NCBI GenBank assembly: GCA_963715335.1
Contig: CAVQRZ010000012.1
Coordinates: 9,983-73,982 of the forward strand
Source: an uncultured delta proteobacterium
Lineage (GTDB): Bacteria; Desulfobacterota; Desulfuromonadia; Desulfuromonadales; BM103
Length of the DNA: 64,000 nt
Direction of reading: 5' to 3'
Part shown: piece after piece, positions 1 through 10,317 of the stretch
Position numbering within the stretch: position 1 is the stretch's first letter
Layout of the letters: the number at the start of each line of letters is the position of its first letter
Translations under genes and position numbers: made by a program
The notes under the pieces: generated by a model
What the model saw: only the letters and a program-made list of their open reading frames with translations
What the model was told of the DNA's origin: nothing
Database searches by the model: none

Positions 1-573
1 AATTTCATTTTCACTTCTCCGATCAAGCAAATTATAGGGGGGTTGCTCGCAGACAAAACGTGGGTACCCATACCTCTCTGAGATATTTAATCCCTCCACT
101 GTTCTCCACGCAGGCTGTGTTGAACAAGCTGCATAGCGAATTTTGCCTTGCTGCCTGAGATGATTGAGCGCTTCTAGTGACTCTTCTTGATGTACAAAGA
201 AATCCGCGCGGTGAAGGTAGTAAATATCTAGATAATCTGTTTGCAGCCGCTTCAAACTATTCTCGCAACCTTCGATAATATGATGTCGAGAATTTCCTTT
301 GTCATTGGGACCAGAAGACGTTGGATTAAAAACCTTGCTTGTAAGTAAAACGTCTTTACGCTTTCTATTCGATTTCAGTATGTTGCCAAGAATTCGCTCT
401 GCCTCACCTTGGTTGTAAACATCGGCACAATCAATAACATTAATCCCTTTATCAATAGCTTCATTTACAAGACATGAAGCCTCTATCTCCCCTGTGGGTG
501 AGCCAAAGTTCATAGTACCAAGCGCCAGAGCTGACACCTGCAAGCCTGATCTGCCTAATCGTCTGTAATTCAT
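1..573 (-). CDS. Aldo/keto reductase (runs off the left edge; not in ORF track)
   Basis: Manual translation from ATG at 573: MNYRRLGRSGLQVSALALGTMNFG...IDCADVY...SLKRLQTDYLDIYYLHR...GKIRY...EQPPYNLLDRR, typical AKR motifs; open to base 1. Confidence 0.92.
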   Translation of the reverse strand, partial: MNYRRLGRSGLQVSALALGTMNFGSPTGEIEASCLVNEAIDKGINVIDCADVYNQGEAERILGNILKSNRKRKDVLLTSKVFNPTSSGPNDKGNSRHHIIEGCENSLKRLQTDYLDIYYLHRADFFVHQEESLEALNHLRQQGKIRYAACSTQPAWRTVEGLNISERYGYPRFVCEQPPYNLLDRRSENEI

Positions 574-724
574 AAGTAAGTACCTATCGGAATAAATATT
601 GTTTAACCGCTGATGGGTTCAGAGGAGACCACATCCAATGCGTTGCCTATAATTCTACGGATTATCTGATGCCACCGATACGTCCATAATCTTTCATTGG
701 TGACCAAAACTCCTATTTGTTGTG

Positions 725-2164
725 TCAAAAGTTAATCTGCTCTGAATTGAGTTGATGAACCTTTAGCAGATTAGTTGTTCCGGGATCCGAGAGGGGACTG
801 CCCATGGTAATCACAACCATATCTCCTGGTTGTAAAACTCCTGCGTCTAGAACGCTCTTTTCCACTAGCTGAATCTGTGCTTCAGTATCTCCCTGGATAT
901 CGACCCGTAACGATTGTACGCCAAAATAAAGTGCCAAGCGACGGCGAACTGTCCGCGATGGGGTGACAGCATAAATTGGCATTGTGGGGCGATACTTAGC
1001 CACTAGGGCTGCGGTATTGCCTGACTGGGTAAAGGCGAGGATGGCTTTGGCTCCGACACTTTGTGCGATTCGACAGGCTGCCTGCCCGATCGCTTCAGAC
1101 AAGTTGACAACCTGCATATCCTCTCTCACTTGAAATTGTTTTGGAGCGATCAGCGTTGCTTTCTCGACATCTCTGGCTACCGAATCCATTATTTTCACGG
1201 CCTCAAGCGGATATTTCCCCGAGGCGGTTTCGGCGGAGAGCATAATTGCGTCGGTACCGTCGAGGATCGCATTTGCCACATCGGATGTTTCCGCGCGCGT
1301 TGGGCGGGGATTATTGATCATGCTTTCCAGCATCTGCGTGGCGGTTATAACCGGTTTGCCAACATTGTTACATTTACGGATAATCCTTTTTTGGATCAGG
1401 GGAACTTTTTCCGGGCTAATTTCCACGCCCAGATCACCTCGGGCCACCATCACGCCATCGCTCACTTCAAGGATGCTTTCAAAGTTCTCAACCGCTTCCG
1501 GTTTTTCGATCTTTGAAATCACCTTAAGTGTTGAACCACTTTTCTGTAACAACGACTTCAGCTCGAGCACATCAGCAGCTCGACGGACAAAAGATAATGC
1601 CACGTAGTCTATTTCCTGATCGATGCAGAATTGTAAATCCTGCTTATCTTTTTCCGTCAGGGAAGGCGCCGAGACTGTAACGCCCGGCAGATTGATCCCT
1701 TTGCGGTCCTTGAGAATCCCACCGAATCGAACCCGGCAGCGCACATCTTCCCCCTGGACCTTGACAACTTCCAACTCCATCAGACCATCATCGAGCAGAA
1801 CTTGATCTCCGGGGCTAACATCTTGAGGAAGGTTTTTGTAGACGGTCGGAATCAGTCCAGCTTCCCCCAAAACGTCTCGCGAGGTGATGATGACTCCCTC
1901 CCCCTCAGTAAGAGCCATCGCTCCTTCTTTGAGCAAGCCAACGCGGATTTTAGGCCCCTGCAGATCGCCCAAAATAGCCACTGCCTGTTGCCGTTGTCGT
2001 GAAACGCTTCGGATCCGCTGGATCAGCAGGGTTTTATCTGTCAGGTCGCCGTGGGAGAAATTGAGTCGAAAAACTGAAACACCGGCCTCGATTAGGGCTT
2101 TGATGGTATTCTCTTCGCTGGTCGATGGACCCAGTGTAGCGATAATTTTTGTATGTTTGAACAT
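725..2164 (-). CDS. pyk: Pyruvate kinase
   Basis: TKIIATLGP, RLNFSHG, DLQGPKIR, KIEK, MVARGDLGVE, TATQMLESM, PTRAE motifs. Confidence 0.98.
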   Translation of the reverse strand: MFKHTKIIATLGPSTSEENTIKALIEAGVSVFRLNFSHGDLTDKTLLIQRIRSVSRQRQQAVAILGDLQGPKIRVGLLKEGAMALTEGEGVIITSRDVLGEAGLIPTVYKNLPQDVSPGDQVLLDDGLMELEVVKVQGEDVRCRVRFGGILKDRKGINLPGVTVSAPSLTEKDKQDLQFCIDQEIDYVALSFVRRAADVLELKSLLQKSGSTLKVISKIEKPEAVENFESILEVSDGVMVARGDLGVEISPEKVPLIQKRIIRKCNNVGKPVITATQMLESMINNPRPTRAETSDVANAILDGTDAIMLSAETASGKYPLEAVKIMDSVARDVEKATLIAPKQFQVREDMQVVNLSEAIGQAACRIAQSVGAKAILAFTQSGNTAALVAKYRPTMPIYAVTPSRTVRRRLALYFGVQSLRVDIQGDTEAQIQLVEKSVLDAGVLQPGDMVVITMGSPLSDPGTTNLLKVHQLNSEQINF

Positions 2165-2251
2165 GATGAGTTCATTTCTACTGAAAACAAGAGTCAGAAA
2201 GCTGAACGGGAATTTTCCTTATTTACTCAACTTCAAAAATGCAAAGCTCGA

Positions 2252-3667
2252 TCAATCGTCTAGATCGTTATTATTGTTAATAGAATGCTCTATGTTGACT
2301 TGATCTTCCTGTTCCCCGATCAGGTCTGAGACCTTAGGGATTATTATCAGATGAAGATCCATAACATTTGTATTCGTAGGGCCTGTAATCAAAAGATCAT
2401 CGAGAGCTTGAAAGAAGTTGTATGAATCATTATTTTCTAAATATTCACCGAAGTTGAGATTTTTGGCTCTCGCTCGTTCCAGAGTTGTATTGTCAGCAAT
2501 GGCTCCCGCGGCATCGGTCGGTCCGTCGTTTCCATCTGTTCCACCTGACAGAATGACTATAGGTATTTCACCGGCGATGTCGCCAACTGTGCACAAAGCA
2601 AATTCCTGATTACGCCCGCCTAACCCGCTACCTTTTAATGTAACGGTTGTTTCACCACCTGAGAGAATACATACCGGTGGTCTTATGGGATGACCTGAAT
2701 TGATGGCCTCTTTGGCAATAGCCGCATGCATTCGAGCAACTTCGCTAGTTTCACCTTCGATCAGGGAAGAAAGGATTATTGTCTTGTATTTAAGATCAGT
2801 TGCTTCTTTTTTTGCTGCTAATAAGGCTTCAATATTACTTCCGATGATATTGCTACATGTTCTTTCAAATATAGGATTATCGGCTTTTGGCGTCTCTAGC
2901 GCTTGATCGGCCAAGCCATTTTCAAAGTGGTTTATCACCGATTTTGGCAATCGATCATAGATTCCATACTTGGCCACAATATTTAAACAATCTTTAAAGG
3001 TACTGTTGTCCGGAACAGTTGGCCCAGATGCGATGACATCGAGATCGTCACCAACAACGTCGGACAGAATCAGAGAAACCATAGTAGCTGGGTAGGCAGC
3101 GACGGCCAATCTGCCGCCTTTAATACACGAAAGGTGTTTCCGGAGAGCATTAATTTCATGGATTGTCGCACCGCATGCCAACAGGGTACGGGTTGTCTCC
3201 TGTTTATCAGTCAGGGTAACACCAGGTACGGCGAGTGGAAGCAGGGCAGAGCCACCTCCTGACAATAAACATATGCATAGATCATTGGCTTTTGCGGCAT
3301 TGGCAATTTCCAGAATCTTTGTCGTACCAATTTCTCCGTTTTGATCAGGGACGGGATGACCGGCTTCGATGGTTTGTATCTTTTCTAAAGCGGCAATGTG
3401 TCCATACTTGACGGTAATAACTCCAGCCGTAAGTTTTTCACCTAACAAACGTTCAAAAGCCACAGCCATTGGGGCAGTGGCCTTTCCCGCGCCTACGATA
3501 TATATATTTTCGAAGGCGTTAAGGTCGTAGGTTTCTTTTCCAATGGTTAACACATCTCCTTGGCGTCGACAAAAACGGTCGATCGCTCCTTCGGGAGCGA
3601 CAGCCTTAAGTCCAGCTCTAAAAATCGCCAAAGCGTCTTTTCTAGCCTTTTGAAGTAAAGATGTCAT
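2252..3667 (-). CDS. Glycerate 2-kinase (MOFRL/TtuD/GckA family)
   Basis: GAGKA, GHPVPD, SGGGSAL, LSDVVGDDLDVIASGPT, GGETTV, GGRNQE, GTDGNDGPTDAAGA, TGPTNTNVMD. Confidence 0.93.
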   Translation of the reverse strand: MTSLLQKARKDALAIFRAGLKAVAPEGAIDRFCRRQGDVLTIGKETYDLNAFENIYIVGAGKATAPMAVAFERLLGEKLTAGVITVKYGHIAALEKIQTIEAGHPVPDQNGEIGTTKILEIANAAKANDLCICLLSGGGSALLPLAVPGVTLTDKQETTRTLLACGATIHEINALRKHLSCIKGGRLAVAAYPATMVSLILSDVVGDDLDVIASGPTVPDNSTFKDCLNIVAKYGIYDRLPKSVINHFENGLADQALETPKADNPIFERTCSNIIGSNIEALLAAKKEATDLKYKTIILSSLIEGETSEVARMHAAIAKEAINSGHPIRPPVCILSGGETTVTLKGSGLGGRNQEFALCTVGDIAGEIPIVILSGGTDGNDGPTDAAGAIADNTTLERARAKNLNFGEYLENNDSYNFFQALDDLLITGPTNTNVMDLHLIIIPKVSDLIGEQEDQVNIEHSINNNNDLDD

Positions 3668-3839
3668 CGTTTTGTATGCCTATTGGGCTGTTTTATTGAG
3701 TGACAGTTTAATGTCAGGCCAATATGCAATGTCAGCTCAGTGGATTGGAGATGCCTGGGTGGCGCCCCCCCCTGCTTCCATTTGCAGGGGCAGGGGGGGC
3801 AGTTTTCTTCATGTTGGCGGGATGAATCCTTGTTTGCTA

Positions 3840-4721
3840 TCAAGCGACTTCGTGGGATGCAAGCAGCTCCAGAGCTCGCACCATGGCAGAGTGGTCCCAA
3901 CCAGAGCCGCCGTTTGCAGCGCAGGCATTGAACAGTTCCTGTGCTGTAGCAGTGTTAGGCAGGCTGAGCTTCATGGCACGGGCACTACTCAGCGCCAGAT
4001 TCAGATCCTTCTGATGCAGTTCAATGCGAAAGCCTGGATCGAAGGTTCTCTTGATCATGCGCTCGCCATGCACTTCTAAAATTTTAGAAGAAGCAAAACC
4101 GCCCATCAATGCTTCTCGCACTTTGGCAGGATCAGCTCCGGCCTTGGAAGCGAAAAGAAGGGCTTCCCCAACCGCCTCGATATTTAGGGCAACAATAATC
4201 TGGTTGGCAACTTTACAGGTTTGGCCGTCACCATTTCCTCCAACAAGCGTAATATTCTTACCCATGAGTTCAAAGAGTGGCTTTGCTTTTTCAAAAGCCG
4301 CTTCTGTGCCGCCAATCATGATTGTAAGTGTTTGCGCTTTCGCACCGACCTCGCCGCCGGAGACCGGGGCATCCAGATATTCACAACCAAGCTCGTTGAT
4401 GCGTTTTGCAAATACTTTGGTCTCAATTGGTGAAATTGAGCTCATATCAATGACGACTTTCCCCTGGGTCAATCCTGTAGCAACACCCTGCTCCCCAAAC
4501 AAAACACTCGCAACATGTGGGGTGTCGGGAACCATAATAATAATGAATTCAGCTTTTTCTGCTACTTCTTGCCCATTCCCACAGACAACTGCTCCTTTGT
4601 CGATAAGCTCTTGGGGTACTCCTTCCAGGGTAAAAGCATACAGATCATGTCCACCATCGAGAAGATGCCCAGCCATGGGTGCACCCATAATACCTAGTCC
4701 TATAAATCCGATTTTGCTCAT
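3840..4721 (-). CDS. glxR: 2-hydroxy-3-oxopropionate (tartronate semialdehyde) reductase
   Basis: GFIGLGIMG, DAPVSGGEVGA, GDGQTCKVANQ, FDPGFRIELHQKDL; adjacent to hyi. Confidence 0.93.
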   Translation of the reverse strand: MSKIGFIGLGIMGAPMAGHLLDGGHDLYAFTLEGVPQELIDKGAVVCGNGQEVAEKAEFIIIMVPDTPHVASVLFGEQGVATGLTQGKVVIDMSSISPIETKVFAKRINELGCEYLDAPVSGGEVGAKAQTLTIMIGGTEAAFEKAKPLFELMGKNITLVGGNGDGQTCKVANQIIVALNIEAVGEALLFASKAGADPAKVREALMGGFASSKILEVHGERMIKRTFDPGFRIELHQKDLNLALSSARAMKLSLPNTATAQELFNACAANGGSGWDHSAMVRALELLASHEVA

Positions 4722-4798
4722 TTTTTTCTCCTTTGATATTTTTTGTAATCTTGCTTCTCAAGGCCCTGGAAAGTGAGATGTAAACAACGTAGACCTTC

Positions 4799-5575
4799 TT
4801 ATTTGTAGGGTTCAAACCACCCTAACCCCTCCTCTGTTTTATTGGCAGGGACATATTCGCAACCGATCCATCCTCTGTAGCCGATTCGATCAAGAAAATC
4901 GAAAAGAAAGGGATAATTAATCTCGCCTGTTCCTGGCTCGTGACGTCCAGGGCTGTCTGCCAACTGGATATGCCCTATGCTGTTGAGATTTTTTTCAATT
5001 GTAGGGGCAAGATCACCTTCCATGATTTGCATATGGTAAATATCATATTGCAACTTGATGTTGTCTGATCCGGTAGCTGCTATGATGTCAAGAGTCTGCT
5101 GGGTACCACACAGGAAAAAACCTGGGATATCCCTTGTGTTGATCGCTTCTATTACCAGACAGATGTCATTTTTGGCCAATTCGGAAGCTGCAAACGCTGC
5201 ATTGTCAGTCAAAGTTTTATTCAACACATCGATATCAACACCTTCAGGTGCTATTCCTGCCAACATATTTACTTGGGTATTCCCTAAAGCTTTTGCATAT
5301 TCGATAGCCTTGCCAACGCCATCCTGAAACTCACCAATTCGATCGGGGAAAATACCAATACCACGCTCACCTGCGCTCCAATCACCTGCAGGCAGGTTAT
5401 GCAACACTTGTTTGAGATTATTTTTCTTTAGCAAATCAACCAATTGATTCACTTCAAAAGCATAGGGGAACAGATATTCAACCCCCTTGAAACCAGCCTT
5501 GGCGGCGGCATCAAAACGATCTAAAAAATCTACTTCCTGAAACATCATTGATAAGTTTGCGGCGAAATTTGGCAT
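4799..5575 (-). CDS. hyi: Hydroxypyruvate isomerase
   Basis: FAANLSMMF, GFKGVEYLFPY, GERG, IEAINTRDIPGFFL, YDIYHMQIMEG, HIQLADSPGRHEPGTGEINY, GCEY. Confidence 0.95.
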   Translation of the reverse strand: MPNFAANLSMMFQEVDFLDRFDAAAKAGFKGVEYLFPYAFEVNQLVDLLKKNNLKQVLHNLPAGDWSAGERGIGIFPDRIGEFQDGVGKAIEYAKALGNTQVNMLAGIAPEGVDIDVLNKTLTDNAAFAASELAKNDICLVIEAINTRDIPGFFLCGTQQTLDIIAATGSDNIKLQYDIYHMQIMEGDLAPTIEKNLNSIGHIQLADSPGRHEPGTGEINYPFLFDFLDRIGYRGWIGCEYVPANKTEEGLGWFEPYK

Positions 5576-5623
5576 ACATACCTCCTTTTTAAATATCTCT
5601 CTTTTGCGATAATTCTGACTTCA

Positions 5624-5645
5624 ATAATTTATAAATTATAAATTA
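5624..5645. promoter_or_regulatory. Candidate GntR operator, copy 1 (ATAATTTATAAATTATAAATTA), overlapping the putative hyi promoter
   Basis: Identical 22-mer at 10094-10115; contains 16-bp palindrome ATAATTTATAAATTAT; minus strand reads TTGCAA-N17-TATAAA across it. Confidence 0.65.
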
Positions 5646-5839
5646 TATTTTTGCAAGTCCGAATTCACCAGAAAGCATAAAACTCTCTTCATACTTCCAA
5701 AGACAAGGAAGCGGCTCTAGACACCTCTGAGGAAATCTGTGAGAAATGAATGTGTTATGTCAGAAAAAGCATCTCGCAGGAAAAATCGGCGGGTTAAACC
5801 TGACCTGACAGACACCGTGATTGCGTCAGGTGATAACTA

Positions 5840-6481
5840 CTAGGTTTTATTGAAAAGGTTTTTGCGCATCGAACGAATATTTATTTCAATAGCTTTTTGT
5901 GCTGCTAAAACATCTCTTTTTTTAATCGCCTCGGTAATACTCCTGTGCTCCTTGAGAGTGGCTTTGTTTTTTATTTCAGGATCGCTCTTTTTTTCTTTTA
6001 TTCGGACCAACTGGAAAAAAGCTGAAAACTCGTCTAATAACCTTATTAATCGAGCATTGTTTGAAAGTTGAGCAATCATAGAATGAAATTTGCTATCAAG
6101 TTTATTGCATTCAACAAAATCTTTCTGTTCAAGCGCCTTTTCAAATTCTTTCAATGAATTGCAAATTGCCTCAATATCCTCATCTGTCGCACGTTCAATG
6201 CATTTCTGGATAGACAAATTTTCCAGGGAAATCCGAATTTCAATATGGTCCTGAATCTGCTCTGGTAATGGATCAATAAGATATAAACCTTGTTGAGATT
6301 TTTTGACTATTATCCCGTCTGAAACAAGTCGGTTTATTGCTTCACGAATCGGTGTACGACTCATCGAAATCTCTTTAGCGAGAAGGTCTTCTCTTATTCT
6401 GCCGCCAAGCTCGAATTCTCCATCCAGTAATTTCATTCGGATGATTGAGTAAGCCGCTTCATTCATGCTTTTATACATCAT
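5840..6481 (-). CDS. GntR-family (FCD) transcriptional regulator
   Basis: HTH LAKEISMSRTPIREAINRL; FCD-like LDSKFH...NARL...EH. Confidence 0.93.
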   Translation of the reverse strand: MMYKSMNEAAYSIIRMKLLDGEFELGGRIREDLLAKEISMSRTPIREAINRLVSDGIIVKKSQQGLYLIDPLPEQIQDHIEIRISLENLSIQKCIERATDEDIEAICNSLKEFEKALEQKDFVECNKLDSKFHSMIAQLSNNARLIRLLDEFSAFFQLVRIKEKKSDPEIKNKATLKEHRSITEAIKKRDVLAAQKAIEINIRSMRKNLFNKT

Positions 6482-6671
6482 GTATTGCTGTGATCCTTTT
6501 CCTTAAGATTTACGATCTAACACCGCAAATATTACTATTTTGTGTTGCATGATTCAAGGATACTTCATCTTGGTGAAAAATCGTTGATATTGTTTTCACT
6601 GGTCTTTTCTTTAGGGAGCGCCTTTATTCATAGTGAAGCAGAATCTGGAACAACCCAGAGAAATTCCGGTT

Positions 6672-7052
6672 TCAAACGGCTGCAATAGCCTGCATTTCCA
6701 CCAGAGCACCTTTTGCCAAGGCAGCGACCCCTACAGTCGCCCTGGCCGGATAACTGTCGCTGAAGTATGATGCATATACTTCATTCATCTTTTCAAAATC
6801 ATTCATGTCGGTAAGATAGATCACCACTTGGAGGAGGGTTTCCATCGAGCCTCCTGCCGCCTCTACGACAGCTTGCAGGTTTTTCAGAGTTCTATGCGTC
6901 TGCTGCACGATTCCGCCATCCACCAGTGCACCGGTTACAGGATCGAGCGGCAATGCACCGGAAGTAAAAACCATTCCGTTGAATGCCATAGCCTGACAAA
7001 ATGGTCCAAATGCGGCAGGCGCATTATCAGTTGATATTTGTTTCATATCCAT
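6672..7052 (-). CDS. RidA/YjgF/Rid family enamine deaminase
   Basis: APAAFGPF, FTSGALPLDP, YLTDMNDF..MNEVY, PARATVGV, VEM. Confidence 0.95.
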   Translation of the reverse strand: MDMKQISTDNAPAAFGPFCQAMAFNGMVFTSGALPLDPVTGALVDGGIVQQTHRTLKNLQAVVEAAGGSMETLLQVVIYLTDMNDFEKMNEVYASYFSDSYPARATVGVAALAKGALVEMQAIAAV

Positions 7053-7058
7053 TCACTC

Positions 7059-8393
7059 CTACATTGTACTTGGCAGCCAAAGGACGATCTGCGGAAAGAT
7101 AATAAGTAGAATAAGACCGAGGGCCACGATAAAGACAAAGGGAAGCATGCCGCGAATGATATCTTTCGTTTCGATGCCAAGGCTTGGATCGGCCGCACCT
7201 TTGAGGAAAAACATTGCGTAGGCAAAAGGTGGCGTTAAAAAAGACATCTGCAGGTTAACGATGATCATCATTGCAAACCACAATGGGTCAAACCCTAGAA
7301 CAGGGACGATAGGAGACAGAATAGGAACGAGGACAAAAATAATTCCGACCCAGTCAATAAATGCTCCCAACAGGAAAGTGACTACCATGATAGCCGTAAA
7401 AACAGCCCATTTACCGCCTGGGAACCCCAGGATTAAATCTTTGACGACGTCGCCACCGCCACCGGCAAGAAAAACACTGACGAATGCAGTGGAACAGGCG
7501 GCAATAAGTAAAACCATGCACGTCAGCTTAATCGTACTAATCGAGACCTCCATAAGACCCTTAAAAGATAACTGTCTGTAGCTGGCAGCAAGGATTACGG
7601 AAACTACTGCGCCGACAGCCGCAGCTTCAGTTGGAGCTGCAATACCAGAGTAGATTGCGCCTAGAACGGAAAGGATGAGAATCAGTGCGGGCACCAATGA
7701 TGTCACAAGCATTTTCATTTTCTGAAAGCTTGTATTTTGCCCCTGTTCTTCCACACTTATAGCTGGGGCTATCGACGGTTGCAGAAACGCCCTGATGGCG
7801 ATATAGATCATATACATGACCGACAGCATCAGGCCTGGCCCAAAAGCAGCCATAAACAACTTGCCAACCGAGATCCAGGCTGCGGGGCCATAGACAATAA
7901 GCATGATACTCGGTGGAATCAGGATTCCAAGCGTACCACCTGCACAGATACACCCAGTAGCTAAGCCTTTATCGTATCCTCGTTCTATCATGACCGGTAG
8001 TGCGACCAAGGCAAGCATGGAAATTGAAGCGGCGATCACCCCAATACAGGCAGCCATAATAGTACCGATCAAGATACTGACAATCGCAAGACCACCTCTG
8101 AAATTGCCAAAACTGACATACAAACTCTCGTACATTTTCTTGGCAATACCTGAACGCTCAAGCATTCCGCCCATAAAAACAAAGAGCGGGACAGCCATAA
8201 AGCCGGTGTTAGTCAGTTGGGCGTAAACTCGGGCGTATATCATGTCGAAGACTGAATCTCCGAACATTAGAAAACCGAAGAGGGCACCCGCTCCTCCAAT
8301 AGGAACGGCCAATGGATAGCCTGTCAACACGCCAAGAAACAGAACCGTGAACATTCCTATCGTTACAAACTCGGGAGTCATTGTAATGTCCAT
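7059..8393 (-). CDS. dctM: TRAP transporter large permease DctM
   Basis: AVPLFVFMG, GTLGILIPPSI, APTEAAAVGA, SFLTPPF; many TM segments. Confidence 0.95.
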   Translation of the reverse strand: MDITMTPEFVTIGMFTVLFLGVLTGYPLAVPIGGAGALFGFLMFGDSVFDMIYARVYAQLTNTGFMAVPLFVFMGGMLERSGIAKKMYESLYVSFGNFRGGLAIVSILIGTIMAACIGVIAASISMLALVALPVMIERGYDKGLATGCICAGGTLGILIPPSIMLIVYGPAAWISVGKLFMAAFGPGLMLSVMYMIYIAIRAFLQPSIAPAISVEEQGQNTSFQKMKMLVTSLVPALILILSVLGAIYSGIAAPTEAAAVGAVVSVILAASYRQLSFKGLMEVSISTIKLTCMVLLIAACSTAFVSVFLAGGGGDVVKDLILGFPGGKWAVFTAIMVVTFLLGAFIDWVGIIFVLVPILSPIVPVLGFDPLWFAMMIIVNLQMSFLTPPFAYAMFFLKGAADPSLGIETKDIIRGMLPFVFIVALGLILLIIFPQIVLWLPSTM

Positions 8394-8953
8394 CAGATCA
8401 TTCCTTCTTTAACGTATATTGCATCCGTCTCGGCAAGACTTTCTCCTTTTGAAAGAAAATATATATTCTTTATTAATTCTGAAAGCGTCTGCATAAAAAA
8501 CAAAATAAATCCAATAGTTAGTACCGCACGAAAAGGTGCTGAAGGGGGAAGCCAGCTACTATCAACCATTCGTTCGTTCACCTTTAATGCGAACAGCGTC
8601 CACTTTGTTCCCGAATAAATCAGGATGAACTGAATTGGGAACAGGAAAAGCACAGTCATTATGACATCGACGATTGCTTTCCACTTTTCGGAAAACATCG
8701 TATAGAACACATCGACCCGCACATGTCCGCCAATTTTCAGTGTGTAGCCCCAACAAAGCGCGGCAATAGAGCCAAAAATCATCTGTGATGTTTCAAGTGC
8801 CCATATTGTTGGCTTATTAAAAACGTATCGTGAAACCACTTCGTAGGTGAGGACAAAAATCAACAACAGGATCAGATATTTTGAGAATTGAGCCATGAAG
8901 TCACTCATTCTGTCGATAGCACCAGTGATTTTTTTCAGTATTTCTGAACTCAT
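8393..8953 (-). CDS. dctQ: TRAP transporter small permease DctQ (alternative start 8968)
   Basis: YEVVSRYVFNKPTIWA, GHVRVDV; 4 TM segments; lies between dctP and dctM. Confidence 0.92.
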   Translation of the reverse strand: MSSEILKKITGAIDRMSDFMAQFSKYLILLLIFVLTYEVVSRYVFNKPTIWALETSQMIFGSIAALCWGYTLKIGGHVRVDVFYTMFSEKWKAIVDVIMTVLFLFPIQFILIYSGTKWTLFALKVNERMVDSSWLPPSAPFRAVLTIGFILFFMQTLSELIKNIYFLSKGESLAETDAIYVKEGMI

Positions 8954-8973
8954 GCCGCGTCTCTCCATGATTA

Positions 8974-9007
8974 CGCCGCCGCAACTGATGAATCAGTTGC
9001 GGCGGCG
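8974..9007. other. 16-bp inverted repeat between dctP and dctQ (probable mRNA-stabilising/attenuating hairpin)
   Basis: CGCCGCCGCAACTGAT-GA-ATCAGTTGCGGCGGCG. Confidence 0.7.
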
Positions 9008-9016
9008 ACACACAAA

Positions 9017-10075
9017 TTACTGAATGTTAAATTGCTTACTGATCAGCTGCCATCTTTTGACGGAGTCGTAAATCTCCTTAAAAGCAGGATCTTTCGCAGC
9101 CTGTTCATCGTAATAGGCTTCTGCCGTTTTGTAGAGAAGAGCTTCAATATCAACAGGCACTTTTGAAATGATAGTGCCATATTTTTCGAACTCTTTCAGT
9201 GCTTCTGCGTCACGCACAATTTCGGTTACATAATATTGGTCTGCAACTGCAAAGGTCGCGTTTGTAACAATGGCTTGAAGGTCTGCCGGCAGTTCGTCCC
9301 ATGCCTTCTGGTTGACAAAAAGCGCCTGAGCATCAGTTGGAGCTCTGGATGTAGAAAGATACATGTATTTGGTCACTTCTTGAAATCCCATTCCCCAGTT
9401 AACAGAAGGTGTTACATATTCAAACCCATCTATAATTCCGCGTTGAGTCGCTTCGTACACTTCCCCTCCTGGCATAAAGACAGGGGATGCGCCCATCCGC
9501 GCAAAAATTTCATTCAGAGCCGCTGACCCCATCCTTATCTTGAAACCCTTGAGATCTGCGACACTGTTGAGCTGTTTGGTGCTGTGCGCCCAGACCTCTG
9601 CGTTATGGGGAGTTAATGGACCGACGTAATGAGCACCCAACTTTTTATAACTCTTCTGGGCTAGCTTAAGACCTTCGTACTCAAGCCACATTCTTTGCTG
9701 GTTGGCGGTTAATCCGCCAACAGTATTGTTATAAAAAATGGCCCCAGGGAAATACCCAAGTGACCAACCTGGCGCTCCGTGAACAGCTTCAACCGAACCT
9801 GAGAGAACCGAATCAAATTCTTTTCCTGCTGGAATAATAGCCCCTGCATTAAACGGCTTGATAATCAAACGACCATCGGAAGCTTTCTTAACCAGGTCAG
9901 CGAATTTAAGACATGCATCATAGGTGGCATCTCCAGATGATGCCCAGGATTGAAGTTTCCATGTAATGACCTTTTTGTCGGAAGCAGCTTGACTTTCACT
10001 AGGTCCCGTGAATAACGCTACACTAATCAACGCGACCAACACGAACAACGAGGTAAAACGGACTCTTTTTTTCAT
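9017..10075 (-). CDS. dctP: TRAP substrate-binding protein DctP
   Basis: Signal peptide, ITWKLQS, DLKGFKIR, PGGEVYEATQRGIIDGFE, NQKAWDELPADLQ. Confidence 0.93.
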   Translation of the reverse strand: MKKRVRFTSLFVLVALISVALFTGPSESQAASDKKVITWKLQSWASSGDATYDACLKFADLVKKASDGRLIIKPFNAGAIIPAGKEFDSVLSGSVEAVHGAPGWSLGYFPGAIFYNNTVGGLTANQQRMWLEYEGLKLAQKSYKKLGAHYVGPLTPHNAEVWAHSTKQLNSVADLKGFKIRMGSAALNEIFARMGASPVFMPGGEVYEATQRGIIDGFEYVTPSVNWGMGFQEVTKYMYLSTSRAPTDAQALFVNQKAWDELPADLQAIVTNATFAVADQYYVTEIVRDAEALKEFEKYGTIISKVPVDIEALLYKTAEAYYDEQAAKDPAFKEIYDSVKRWQLISKQFNIQ

Positions 10076-10093
10076 GTCTTTTCTCCTTTTTGT

Positions 10094-10115
10094 ATAATTT
10101 ATAAATTATAAATTA
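10094..10115. promoter_or_regulatory. Candidate GntR operator, copy 2, just downstream of putative sigma70 promoter of dctP
   Basis: Identical to 5624-5645; minus-strand TTGACA at 10149-10144, N17, GATAGT. Confidence 0.65.
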
Positions 10116-10317
10116 GGCTTACTATCATCATTTTTTTAATGCGTGTCAAGAAAAAAAATGCTCTAGAATTATTGTTGAATTTAGCTATTTGAAAGCGCTC
10201 AGGGAACAACGTGTTTTTTCGTTTGGAATTCGGGGGACACCCCATTTAACTTACCTCAGGCAAATACATTGTAGATAGAGCGGCAATCTCCGGTCCGCCA
10301 CTGACTCCACCACACAC

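Noticed and set aside
2252..2340. Acidic/Asn-rich C-terminal tail of glycerate kinase
   Set aside because: Probably neutral stop-codon drift; nothing indicates function
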